From Actinomycetota bacterium (GTDB taxonomy: Bacteria > Actinomycetota > Acidimicrobiia > Acidimicrobiales > Ilumatobacteraceae): a stretch of DNA of 33,075 bases. The position numbers and the translations under genes are program-made. How positions within the stretch are numbered: the stretch's first letter is position 1; every line of letters begins with the position of its first letter. Positions 1-8,352 of this stretch are shown here, one piece after another. Under the pieces are notes generated by a model. That model ran no database searches and was not told the origin of the DNA. It saw only the letters and a list, made by a program, of their open reading frames with translations. Where the stretch lies: contig JBEDFW010000016.1 of the NCBI GenBank assembly GCA_041174985.1, forward strand, positions 1 to 33,075, written 5' to 3'.

Positions 1-354
1 GTATTCGGCCTGATCCGCCGGCAACATCCCGAACAGCCGCTCGGCGGCTCGCTGTTCACGTTCGTCCTTGTCGGAGTTGGCCGAGACGTCGTAGGCGAAG
101 GTGTCGCCAGCATCGATCTCGACGATGTCGTGCACCAAGCACAGCGTCAGAACGTGGAACAGATCGACGTCTTCGTTGCTGTGCTCGGCCAGAACGAGGG
201 CATACATCGCCAAATGCCAGGAATGTTCGGCGGTGTTCTCACGACGACCACCGCCAACGATGCGGGTCTGACGCTCGATTTCTTTCAGTCGATCGATCTC
301 GACCAAGAACTCGAGCTGTCGACGCAACCGATCCGCTGACACGACGCCACTCAC
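1..354 (-). CDS. HD-domain phosphohydrolase, YfbR-like 5'-deoxynucleotidase family (C-terminal part runs off the left edge)
   Basis: This is my own minus-strand translation; the ORF is absent from the track because it has no stop inside the window. It reads [58 protein letters not shown]...[21 protein letters not shown]. The ENTAEHSWH and LVHDI motifs form the H...HD metal signature of this family. The GTG at 354-352 overlaps the TGA of the upstream ORF (GTGA). An alternative GTG lies at 342. Confidence 0.75.
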   Translation of the reverse strand, partial: MSGVVSADRLRRQLEFLVEIDRLKEIERQTRIVGGGRRENTAEHSWHLAMYALVLAEHSNEDVDLFHVLTLCLVHDIVEIDAGDTFAYDVSANSDKDEREQRAAERLFGMLPADQAEY

Positions 355-590
355 CCCGACGCCAGCGACGCCAACGCCCAGATGGCCGCCACGAGGCCGA
401 CCAACGACATCACCACGCTTCGTCCCACGGGAGCACGAGCGAGGTCGCCGTCCTTGGCCGCCGGAGGCGGTTTCACGATGGCCAACGCGTTGCCCACGAA
501 GAGAGCGCCACCGAGGGCCAACACCAGCCAGGCGAGCAGATCCTCTCCAAGAAACATGGGGTCATTCTGCCAGTGCCGAGCGGTGGCCAC
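351..590 (-). CDS. small membrane protein, two predicted TM helices, function unknown
   Basis: 79-aa ORF with coding-like GC3. Two hydrophobic stretches are present ([22 protein letters not shown] and [19 protein letters not shown]). Its stop is coupled to the HD gene start (GTGA). Confidence 0.55.
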   Translation of the reverse strand: MATARHWQNDPMFLGEDLLAWLVLALGGALFVGNALAIVKPPPAAKDGDLARAPVGRSVVMSLVGLVAAIWALASLASG

Positions 591-634
591 CTCTCCGTCT
601 CGTCAGTCATCGCCCATTCGGATAGAACAACACC

Positions 635-1192
635 ATGGGTTTCCATCACGTCGCCATCGCCATCCATGACACTGCGGCCAATTACGACTTCTACACCCGG
701 GTCATGGGCTTCGAACTCGTGAAAGTCGTGACCGCTCCCACACCCGAGGGTGGCTGGAGCAAGCACTTCTTCTACTCCACCGGAACCTCACCCACCGGCG
801 AGCAGGGAATGATCGCCTTCTGGGAGATTCACGACGATTCGATCGGCGCCGAGTTCGGGACCAACCTCAACAAGAGCGCCGGCCTTCCCTGGTGGGCCAA
901 TCACATCGCCTTCGATGCGCCCACGCGCGACGACCTCGACCGTCATCGTGAGCGGTGGCGTTCGTGCGGTTTCACCGTGCTCGAAGTCGACCACGAGTTC
1001 TGCCATTCGATCTACATCCGTGATCCCGAAGGCAACACCGTCGAGTTCTGCCACACGGTACGCGACTTCACCGACGACGAGAAGAAGCACGCCATGGAGT
1101 TGCTCATGAATCCGCAACCCGAGATGGAGAAGATCTTCGGCGCCAAGATCTGGCAACCAGAAGGTGACGCCGTACTTCTGCCCTCGGGCTGA
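635..1192 (+). CDS. VOC/glyoxalase-bleomycin resistance-dioxygenase superfamily protein
   Basis: 185 aa. The N-terminus MGFHHVAIAIHD...FYTRVMGFELV and the later ANHIAFDA...HSIYIRDPEGNTVEF are typical paired beta-alpha-beta-beta-beta VOC modules. Confidence 0.75.
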   Translation: MGFHHVAIAIHDTAANYDFYTRVMGFELVKVVTAPTPEGGWSKHFFYSTGTSPTGEQGMIAFWEIHDDSIGAEFGTNLNKSAGLPWWANHIAFDAPTRDDLDRHRERWRSCGFTVLEVDHEFCHSIYIRDPEGNTVEFCHTVRDFTDDEKKHAMELLMNPQPEMEKIFGAKIWQPEGDAVLLPSG

Positions 1193-1198
1193 CCGGAA

Positions 1199-2635
1199 CT
1201 ACACCGCGTCGGCCGGATTGTCGGGCCGACTGTTGATGCCGCGTGCGGCACTGCGGAACAGTGCGAACTCGCCCTGGAACACCAACTTGACGCGTCCGAT
1301 CTCTCCGGCACGATGCTTGGCGATGTAGAGATCGGCCATACCGCGCAACGTGGGATCGACGTCTTGCTTGTACACCTCTTCACGGTGCAGGAACATCACG
1401 ACGTCGGCGTCCTGCTCGAGTGAACCCGACTCGCGTAGATCGGACAACTGAGGCACTTTGTCGGAGCGCTCTTCGAGACGACGGCTCAACTGACTGAGCG
1501 CGAGGATCGGCACGTTCATCTCGCGAGCCAGCACCTTCAGGTTTCGGCTGATCTCACTGACTTCGAGCTGACGGTTCTCGGCCCGCCCACGGCCCTCCAT
1601 CAGCTGGAGGTAGTCGATCACGATGAGGCCGATATCGTCGTACTTGGCCTTCAGACGACGCGCCTTGGCTCTGATCTCCATCACATTGACGGCTGGATTG
1701 TCGTCGAGGAAGAGCGGAACCTCGAGGCGACCGACCGCGTTGTTGACATCGCTCCATTCGTTGCCGGTGAGACTGCCCGTGCGCAATTTCTTGGTGTCGA
1801 CCTTGGCCTCGGCCGACAGGATTCGCTGAGCCATTTCGCTATGGCTCATTTCGAGTGAGAACACCAGAACCGGCTTGCGCGTGTTCTTGGCCACGTAGGT
1901 GGCGATGTTGAGGGCGAGCGCCGACTTACCCATGGCCGGTCGAGCGCCGAGAATCACGAGCGACGACGGCTGCAAACCGAGAAGTTTCTCGTCGAGATCG
2001 ACGAAGCCGGTCGCCACGCCAGTGACACCGGCTTTCTCGGTGTAACGACGTTCGAGTTCGTCGGTGGTGTGCCGCAGGATGTCACGAATCTCGGCCACCG
2101 AATCGACCACTCGGTCGTCGGCCACTTCGAACACCTTCGATTCGGCGGTGTCGAGGGCCTTCGACACGTCGTCGGGTTCGGAGTAGGCGATCTCGGCGAT
2201 TTCGCTCGCAACTCCGATGAGCCGACGCAGAGCCGCCGTGTCCATGACGATCTTGGCGTAGCGAGCCACGTTGCCGATCACGGGTGTGGTGTTCTGCAAC
2301 CGGAGCAAGAAGTCCATGCCACCGATGTCGTCGAGAAGACCGACCTTGCGCAATTCGTCGGCCACGGTCACTGCGTCGATCGGCTGACCGATCGTCAGCA
2401 GGTTGCGCATGGCGTCGAACACGTGCTGATGGGCCGGCCGATAGAACACGTCGGCTTGCATGCCGAGTTCACCGACGGTGTTGACCGCATCGCGCGACAA
2501 CAAGAGGGCGCCGAGCAACGACTCTTCGGCACTCAGGTTGTGCGGCGGAACTCGATCGGAGCCGCCCGGACGCGACCCGGCCGGACGCGAGGCCCGGCCG
2601 GTGGAGGCGCCCGTGTTCGAGAAGGTGTCGGTCAT
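1199..2635 (-). CDS. dnaB: replicative DNA helicase DnaB
   Basis: The sequence contains PPHNLSAEESLLGALLL (DnaB N-terminal domain), Walker A GARPAMGKSALAL, IDYLQLM and SQLSRxxE. There is no intein insertion. I prefer the ATG at 2635, which has a GAAAGG Shine-Dalgarno about 8 nt upstream. The longest ORF starts at the GTG at 2644. Confidence 0.93.
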   Translation of the reverse strand: MTDTFSNTGASTGRASRPAGSRPGGSDRVPPHNLSAEESLLGALLLSRDAVNTVGELGMQADVFYRPAHQHVFDAMRNLLTIGQPIDAVTVADELRKVGLLDDIGGMDFLLRLQNTTPVIGNVARYAKIVMDTAALRRLIGVASEIAEIAYSEPDDVSKALDTAESKVFEVADDRVVDSVAEIRDILRHTTDELERRYTEKAGVTGVATGFVDLDEKLLGLQPSSLVILGARPAMGKSALALNIATYVAKNTRKPVLVFSLEMSHSEMAQRILSAEAKVDTKKLRTGSLTGNEWSDVNNAVGRLEVPLFLDDNPAVNVMEIRAKARRLKAKYDDIGLIVIDYLQLMEGRGRAENRQLEVSEISRNLKVLAREMNVPILALSQLSRRLEERSDKVPQLSDLRESGSLEQDADVVMFLHREEVYKQDVDPTLRGMADLYIAKHRAGEIGRVKLVFQGEFALFRSAARGINSRPDNPADAV

Positions 2636-2680
2636 CGACTCCACCTTTCCCTACTGAGCCTGTTGATCGCTAGGGGCACA

Positions 2681-2730
2681 ATCCTGTGAGGATCCTGTGG
2701 ACGAAGCCCCAGTTCCTGTGGACGAGCCCC
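2681..2730. promoter_or_regulatory. direct repeats carrying two identical DnaA-box-like 9-mers upstream of dnaB
   Basis: The 12-mer tcctgtggacga occurs at 2693-2704 and 2714-2725, a 21-bp period. Both copies are followed by (a)gcccc. A degenerate third copy, atcctgtgagg, lies at 2681-2691. On the dnaB strand the repeat reads TCGTCCACAGGA, and the same 9-mer TCGTCCACA/TGTGGACGA recurs in the dnaA-dnaN oriC at 24796 and 24849. Confidence 0.5.
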
Positions 2731-2738
2731 CCGTGGGG

Positions 2739-3185
2739 TCACTTGGCGATGACGTTGATGGTGAAGGAGAACTCCACGTCGGGGTGCGGATGCGCCACGA
2801 CCGAGTACTCGCCCACCGTCTTGATGTGGTCGGGAACGGCCAGCTTCTTCCGGTCGAGCTCGATGCCGGCCTGAGCCGACACGGCGGCCGCCACGTCGAC
2901 GGCGTGCACCGAACCGTAGAGACGGCCTTCCGGACCGGCCTTCACGGCCACGTCGATGGTGCGACTCACGAGAGCCGACGCCACGGTCTGGGCCGACTCG
3001 CGGTCGGCGGCGTCACGCAGGTCGCGGCGGCGACGCATGGCCGCTGCCTGAGCGAGGGAGCCGTCAGACGCCGTGATGGCCAGACCACGGGGCAACAAGA
3101 AGTTGCGACCATGCCCATCGGCAACATCGACGATGTCGCCACGCTTGCCGAGACCGGCGATGTCGGAGCGAAGAATCACCTTCAT
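2739..3185 (-). CDS. rplI: 50S ribosomal protein L9
   Basis: MKVILRSDIAGLGKRGDIVDVADGHGRNFLLPRGLA is the canonical L9 N-terminus. A GGGGAGGA Shine-Dalgarno lies upstream, inside the rpsR tail. Confidence 0.95.
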   Translation of the reverse strand: MKVILRSDIAGLGKRGDIVDVADGHGRNFLLPRGLAITASDGSLAQAAAMRRRRDLRDAADRESAQTVASALVSRTIDVAVKAGPEGRLYGSVHAVDVAAAVSAQAGIELDRKKLAVPDHIKTVGEYSVVAHPHPDVEFSFTINVIAK

Positions 3186-3187
3186 GT

Positions 3188-3580
3188 TCAGTCCTCCCCG
3201 TCCTCGGTGGTGGTCTCGTCGATCTCGACTTCGACCTGATCGGTCATCGGAGCCTCGGCGACCTGCTCTCCACGATCGACGGCCGGGCCACGACGCGGGC
3301 CGCGACCACCCGCTGCCCCCCGCGTGGGGTAAGGCAGAAGAGCCATCTCGCGGGCGGTCTTGATGGCCGTGGCCAACTCACGCTGCTGCTGAACGGTGTT
3401 GCCGTTGATCCGCTGACCGCGGATCTTGGAACGATCGGACATGAATCGCTGCAGGAGGTTGACGTCCTTGTAGTCGATGTAGTCGATCTTTTCGGCCGAC
3501 AGAACGTTGGCCTTCTTCTTGATCTTGCGTCCGGTGTCCTTCGGAGCACCGCGACGAACGGGCTTCTTGGTGTTTGCCAT
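3188..3580 (-). CDS. rpsR: 30S ribosomal protein S18 with an acidic C-terminal extension of about 45 aa
   Basis: The S18 core is [53 protein letters not shown]. The ORF continues for 46 more residues and ends ...[15 protein letters not shown]. Confidence 0.9.
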   Translation of the reverse strand: MANTKKPVRRGAPKDTGRKIKKKANVLSAEKIDYIDYKDVNLLQRFMSDRSKIRGQRINGNTVQQQRELATAIKTAREMALLPYPTRGAAGGRGPRRGPAVDRGEQVAEAPMTDQVEVEIDETTTEDGED

Positions 3581-3620
3581 GAGGGAAGTGTCCTTCGTAC
3601 GGGTTGGTGATCAGTTCTGA

Positions 3621-4064
3621 TCAGAACGGTTCTTCGTCGGGATAGGAGTCAGCGGCCGGGGCCGGAGCAGACGAGCGGCCACCGCCGCTGTATCCGCCGC
3701 CGTCGCCACGTCCGGGGGTGCGCTCGACCGAGGCCGTGGCCCAGCGAAGGGACGGTCCGATCTCGTCGGCCACGATTTCGACGGCGGTGCGCTTGCCGCC
3801 CTCGCGGGATTCGTATTCGCGCACGTCGAGACGGCCGGTCACGAGGACACGGCTTCCCTTGGTGAGCGAGGCCGCGATGTTCTCGGCCAACTGGTCCCAG
3901 GCGACCACGTTCATGAACGAGGTCTGCTCCTGCCATTCGCCGTTCACCTGGTACCGCCGGTTGACGGCGAGACCGAGGGTCACGGTGGGCTTACCCGACT
4001 GGGTGAAGCGAAGTTCGGGGTCGCGGGTGAGGTTCCCGACGACGGTGATGGAATTCGATGCCAT
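3621..4064 (-). CDS. ssb: single-stranded DNA-binding protein
   Basis: The OB-fold N-terminus is MASNSITVVGNLTRDPELRFTQSGKP. It is followed by a Gly-rich linker and the acidic tip PDEEPF. Confidence 0.95.
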   Translation of the reverse strand: MASNSITVVGNLTRDPELRFTQSGKPTVTLGLAVNRRYQVNGEWQEQTSFMNVVAWDQLAENIAASLTKGSRVLVTGRLDVREYESREGGKRTAVEIVADEIGPSLRWATASVERTPGRGDGGGYSGGGRSSAPAPAADSYPDEEPF

Positions 4065-4101
4065 GGTTGCTCCTCGAGATGTGCGGTGAAACCGACCGCG
4101 C

Positions 4102-4425
4102 TCAGGCCGCCGTCAGGCCTCGCCGAGCCGCTTCGGCATCGGGGAGACGCAACAACTTGTGGCGCAGGATGTCGTCGGAGATGCGCAGCGACCGCTCGAA
4201 TTCATCGAGGGCGCCGGGCAAGGCGACGAGATTGAACACGACGTAGTAGCCGTCTTCCTTCTTCTTGATCGGGTAGGCCAAGCGGCGCTTTCCCCACCAA
4301 TCGGGTTTGCCGTGGACGCTGCCACCCGCCGCCTTGACGGACTTGGTGACATCGGCCGCCCATCTCTGGGCCGCGGCATCATCGAGCGATCCGTCGATGA
4401 TGATCATCAATTCGTAGGCACGCAT
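4102..4425 (-). CDS. rpsF: 30S ribosomal protein S6
   Basis: MRAYELMIIID...WGKRRLAYPIKKKEDGYYVVF...ISDDILRHKLLRL is a typical S6. It is the first gene of the rpsF-ssb-rpsR-rplI cluster. Confidence 0.95.
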   Translation of the reverse strand: MRAYELMIIIDGSLDDAAAQRWAADVTKSVKAAGGSVHGKPDWWGKRRLAYPIKKKEDGYYVVFNLVALPGALDEFERSLRISDDILRHKLLRLPDAEAARRGLTAA

Positions 4426-4648
4426 GTTGTGCGTGTACCTCCCTTCGGTCGCGAACCGGGGTTCCGGCTCGGGGCCCCGTGAGGGGCAGGGTCTGACTGG
4501 ACCCCGGCAGTGTACCGGGGGGTCAGGACGATCCCGCCGGGAGTGTGGGACGCACGGCGGGACGACGGCATGACCTCATCGTGACCGATGGGTGTGGCAC
4601 GTCGAGCCCGACGTCTCGGGTCCGGCCCGGACCAGGTCGAACGGCGCG

Positions 4649-5308
4649 TCAGACGGGGCGCGTCAGACGCACGATCGACGCCGCGATCAGGCCGACACCG
4701 GCCGACACCGCTCCGTGCTCGGTGGTGAACTGCCCGCCGCTGCGCAACAGACCGACCACCGCCCGATCGCGGTCACCCTGGATCACCAGGGCCGGACCAC
4801 CCATGTCACCGAGGCCCCACCACAGAGCCACGACACCCAGAAGGATCGCCGCCACACAAAAAGGAACGGCCAGGGTTTCACGCGGCATCCGCGACGACAG
4901 AAGCAACGAGAAGATCGCGCTGAGAAGCAAGAAGACGCCGACGGCACCGAGAGCCACGAAAACGTGACGCACCACGGCCGAGAATCCGATGCCCGCCTCG
5001 TCGCCGCAATCGACGATCGGTCGCAGCGGAGTGCTCGGGTCATCGGCCGACACCACTTGCAGAAGCTGACACTCCTTGCCGTCAGCGACCGGCACGCCGT
5101 TGTCGAAACGAACGTCGAACGAGTCGGTGAAGGCGCCGATCAGCAGCAAGCCGATGGCCGCCACGAGAACCATCACGATTCCGGTGAGGGCATCACGCTG
5201 CAGACGGCGACTGGCCTCGTACGACAGCCAGCGATTACTTCGGCCGGATCGCGACGACAGACCGAGTCGACTCAGGCCGGACGATCCGGTGAGGTCGCGT
5301 CTGGCCAC
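4649..5308 (-). CDS. integral membrane protein (about 4 TM), function unknown
   Basis: Hydrophobic segments are IVMVLVAAIGLLLIGAF, VFVALGAVGVFLLLSAIFSLLL, VPFCVAAILLGVVALWWGL and AVSAGVGLIAASIV. The longest ORF (to 5533) overlaps the upstream gene. I trimmed it to the GTG at 5308, just after that gene's stop. The start is uncertain. Confidence 0.55.
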   Translation of the reverse strand: MARRDLTGSSGLSRLGLSSRSGRSNRWLSYEASRRLQRDALTGIVMVLVAAIGLLLIGAFTDSFDVRFDNGVPVADGKECQLLQVVSADDPSTPLRPIVDCGDEAGIGFSAVVRHVFVALGAVGVFLLLSAIFSLLLSSRMPRETLAVPFCVAAILLGVVALWWGLGDMGGPALVIQGDRDRAVVGLLRSGGQFTTEHGAVSAGVGLIAASIVRLTRPV

Positions 5309-5315
5309 GGGTCGG

Positions 5316-5774
5316 TCATCCCACCTGACGGCGACCGCGCTGGCCACCGATCGGTAACGCCCGAACGAGATAGTGCCAACGACACGAGCAACACGCCTCG
5401 ACCACGTACGCCGTGTATTCCTCGGGACGGCGATGGAACGCCGCCAATTCGTCGTTGTCGGCGGCCAGTCGACCGTGTGAGGGAAGACGGGGGCCGAACA
5501 CGTATGTGACGAGGACCAGATTGTCTTCTTCACAGATCGGACAGATCGCTTCGGTGCGCTTGCCCACCGAGCGAGCGGCCCGCATCAATTCGGGGTGGGC
5601 ATCGCACACTTCTTCGCGACCGAGTCGACCACGCTGGACCTCGTTGATCGTGGCGCGTCGCGCCATGCGGTGATCGACGAGTCCACCCCGGAAGGCCGAC
5701 ATGCCACGGAAGGAACCGGCTCCGAAGGACGCACCCAGAGGCTTGGCCCCGCTCGTGTCGTCTCGTCGCGCCAT
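5316..5774 (-). CDS. conserved actinobacterial Cys4 protein (Rv0049-like, DUF5318 candidate)
   Basis: Trimmed to the ATG at 5774 (MARRDDTSG...), 10 nt after the cca stop. It contains CPICEEDNL ... CCSCRWHY, i.e. CxxC plus CxC pairs suggesting a zinc ribbon. The family assignment is from memory of the conserved neighbour, not from a search. Confidence 0.6.
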   Translation of the reverse strand: MARRDDTSGAKPLGASFGAGSFRGMSAFRGGLVDHRMARRATINEVQRGRLGREEVCDAHPELMRAARSVGKRTEAICPICEEDNLVLVTYVFGPRLPSHGRLAADNDELAAFHRRPEEYTAYVVEACCSCRWHYLVRALPIGGQRGRRQVG

Positions 5775-5784
5775 CGCCCGAAGG

Positions 5785-7206
5785 TTAGCCCTCTGAGGTG
5801 GTCGACTTGCGCGCCGCCCACCACCTGTCGAGTCGCCGACGAATCTCGTCGTCTCCCACCAGACCTTCGTCGAGTCGGATCTCGAGGAGGAAGTCGAGCG
5901 CGTCACCGACGTCGCGTGAGGGTCCGATTCCCAGATGCTCCATGACCTGAACGCCGTCGAGTTCGGGTCGAATCGCCTTCAGCTCCTCCTGCGCGGCGAG
6001 GACGTCGATTCGTTCCTCGAGTTCGTCCATGCGTCGAGACAGACGCGCCGCCTTGCGCTCGTTACGCGTCGTGCAGTCGCAGCGGGTCAGCACGTTGAGT
6101 TCGTTGAGCAATGGTCCGGCATCGGTCACGTAACGGCGAACTGCGGAATCGGTCCAGCCCATGCCGTAGGTGTGGAACCGAAGGTGCAGACGAACGAGTT
6201 CGGTGATCCGTTCGACGTCGTCGTTCGGGAAACGCAGGGCGACCAATCGCTTCTTCGTGATCTTGGCGCCCACCACGTCGTGCATGTGGAAGGTCGTTCC
6301 CTTGCCCTCGAGGTAACCGCGTGTCTTGGGCTTGCCCACGTCGTGGAAGAGCGCGGCCAGACGGGTGACGCGAAAATCGAAGTCGGGGTTGGCATCGGGA
6401 CGCACGTTCTCGATGACGGCCAGAGTGTGCGTGAGCACGTCCTTGTGCCGATGAATGGGATCGTTCTCCAGTCGCATGGCCGGCAGTTCGGGAAGGAAGA
6501 GATCGGCCAGCCCGGTCTCGACGAGGAACCACAGACCGGTCGACGGCGAGTCGACGACGATCAACTTGTTGAGTTCGTCTCGAACGCGTTCGGCTGACAC
6601 GATCTCGAGTCGGTCCTTCATGCGATGCACTGCCGCCACCAACTCGGGTGTGGGTGTCATTCCCAACTTGGCCACGAAACGAGCCGCGCGCATCATCCGC
6701 AAGGGGTCGTCGCTGAAACTGATGTCGGGATCGAGCGGCGTCCGAAGGACTCGCGCCATCAGATCGGCGGTTCCGTTGAACGGATCGACCAGAGTCGGAT
6801 CGTCAGCGGTGACGTCGAGGGCCATCGAGTTGATGGTGAAGTCGCGACGTGACAGATCGGTGTCGATCGCATCGGCGAACTCGACGTCGGGTTTGCGTGT
6901 GTCGGGGTGATACGCCTCGGCACGGTGCGTGGTGATCTCGTAGACACGCTCACCCTTGCGCGCCCCGATCGTGCCGAACTTCTCGCCTTGCGTCCAGACG
7001 GCGTCGGCCCACGGAGCGATGATGCGCTTGATCTCGTCGGGTCGGGCGTCGGTCGTGGCATCGAAGTCGAGATCGGGGGTGGGGATACCGAGCAACAGAT
7101 CGCGCACGGTTCCACCGACGAGGTACAGGCGACGATCGGCGGCGCGAAAGAGCGCCGCCACGTCGGCGACCTCAGCGAGGACTGGAGCGAAGCGCTCGGG
7201 AATCAC
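5785..7206 (-). CDS. cca: CCA-adding tRNA nucleotidyltransferase (PcnA-type) with C-terminal HD domain
   Basis: Motifs present are GGTVRDLLLG, DLDFD (the nucleotidyltransferase GG..RD / DxD), RRDFTINSMA and the HD motif LFHDVGKP. Confidence 0.9.
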   Translation of the reverse strand: MIPERFAPVLAEVADVAALFRAADRRLYLVGGTVRDLLLGIPTPDLDFDATTDARPDEIKRIIAPWADAVWTQGEKFGTIGARKGERVYEITTHRAEAYHPDTRKPDVEFADAIDTDLSRRDFTINSMALDVTADDPTLVDPFNGTADLMARVLRTPLDPDISFSDDPLRMMRAARFVAKLGMTPTPELVAAVHRMKDRLEIVSAERVRDELNKLIVVDSPSTGLWFLVETGLADLFLPELPAMRLENDPIHRHKDVLTHTLAVIENVRPDANPDFDFRVTRLAALFHDVGKPKTRGYLEGKGTTFHMHDVVGAKITKKRLVALRFPNDDVERITELVRLHLRFHTYGMGWTDSAVRRYVTDAGPLLNELNVLTRCDCTTRNERKAARLSRRMDELEERIDVLAAQEELKAIRPELDGVQVMEHLGIGPSRDVGDALDFLLEIRLDEGLVGDDEIRRRLDRWWAARKSTTSEG

Positions 7207-7232
7207 ACCGGCAGGTTACGACGAACCGTCGG

Positions 7233-8264
7233 TCAGGAGTGGAGTAGTTCGCGATCGATCCACCACGACGTGATGGTCGAGACGAAATCGACACCGGAGG
7301 AATCGGAGCGATCGGCCGTCGTCGACGGCTCCGATCGAGTGTCGCGAGAGACGAGAGCACCGAGACACGCCGCAGTCGACATTCGAAGCGCGTCGAGGTC
7401 GTAACCACCTTCGAGCATCACGAGACGACGACCTGGGGGAGCCAACACGAGGAGCCGGGCCATGATGTCGGCGAAGTCACCCGACGTCAGACCGAGATCG
7501 GTGATCGGATCGTTGCGATGTGCATCGAAGCCGGCCGACACCACGAGCCACGTCGGAGCGAACGCGCTGCACACCGGCACCACGAGACGATCGATCGCAT
7601 CGAGGTACACGTCACCGGTCGATCGGCGCGGCAACGGAACGTTGAGCGTCGTGCCAATGGCACCACCGCGTCCGACCTCGTCGTACCAACCCGTGCCCGG
7701 ATACAGCGGCCATTGGTGCATCGACACGTACAGAACCCGCGGGTCGTCGTAGAAGACGTCCTGCGTTCCGTTGCCGTGATGCGCATCGAAATCGACGACG
7801 ACCACCCGCTCGCCAGCGTCGGCCAGCGCCGCAGCCGCCACTGCGACGTTGGAGAAGAGGCAGAAACCCATGGCGTCGTCACGTGTCGCGTGATGTCCGG
7901 GAGGCCGAACCGCGCAGAAGGCGGCTTCGCCTTTGCCGTCACGCAGAGCGCGAATCGCCGTGAGGCCGGCACCGGCGGCGAGTCGGGCCGCTTCCAAAGA
8001 GCCAGGAGACGCCACCGTGTCGGGATCGAGTCGTCCCCCACCGGCTCTCACCACGGCCTCGATGCGATCGACGTGTCGACGTGTGTGCACTCGAAGAAGT
8101 TCGTCGCGAGAGGCCGGAACCGGCTCGAGAGGTACGAGGGCATCGATGACGTCGGCGTGGCGGGCGCCATCGAGCACTGCAGCCAGACGCTCGGGCCGTT
8201 CAGCGTGCCTCGATCCGGTCAGATGATCGAGATAGGCATCGTGCGTGGCGAACAAGATGGCCAT
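7233..8264 (-). CDS. Zn-dependent histone-deacetylase-family amidohydrolase (class II HDAC / acetylpolyamine-type)
   Basis: Motifs present are RPPGHHA, VDFDAHHGNGTQ, SAGFDAH and LEGGY. I trimmed to the ATG at 8264 (MAILFATHDAYLDH). The 36 Arg-rich residues of the longest ORF (GTG 8372) look non-coding. Confidence 0.85.
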   Translation of the reverse strand: MAILFATHDAYLDHLTGSRHAERPERLAAVLDGARHADVIDALVPLEPVPASRDELLRVHTRRHVDRIEAVVRAGGGRLDPDTVASPGSLEAARLAAGAGLTAIRALRDGKGEAAFCAVRPPGHHATRDDAMGFCLFSNVAVAAAALADAGERVVVVDFDAHHGNGTQDVFYDDPRVLYVSMHQWPLYPGTGWYDEVGRGGAIGTTLNVPLPRRSTGDVYLDAIDRLVVPVCSAFAPTWLVVSAGFDAHRNDPITDLGLTSGDFADIMARLLVLAPPGRRLVMLEGGYDLDALRMSTAACLGALVSRDTRSEPSTTADRSDSSGVDFVSTITSWWIDRELLHS

Positions 8265-8352
8265 CGGGCCAAACGCTACCGTCGCAGGTGTGACAGCCGG
8301 ATTCCGACTGCGACGAGAGAGCGGACCTCCGCGTCTTCTCGACGACGGAAGA

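Noticed and set aside
1193-1198. Only 6 bp separate the convergent stops of the VOC gene and dnaB, leaving no room for terminators.
   Set aside because: Tight convergent junctions are common in compact high-G+C genomes, and nothing further is visible in the sequence.
4643-4669. An exact 13-nt direct repeat, ggcgcgtcagacg, with a 14-bp period at the stop codon of the membrane protein. The related 8-mer gtcagacg/cgtctgac also forms the 17701-17719 palindrome.
   Set aside because: This is a short tandem duplication consistent with replication slippage. It has only two copies and no associated structure or gene. The recurrence of an 8-mer four times in 33 kb is only mildly above chance.
8257-8264. 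The palindrome ATGGCCAT provides an ATG on both strands at the HDAC/GNAT divergence point.
   Set aside because: An 8-bp palindrome is expected by chance many times per genome. The GNAT N-terminal conserved region begins about 30 codons downstream, so a later start is more likely. It is kept only as a caveat on start-codon calls.
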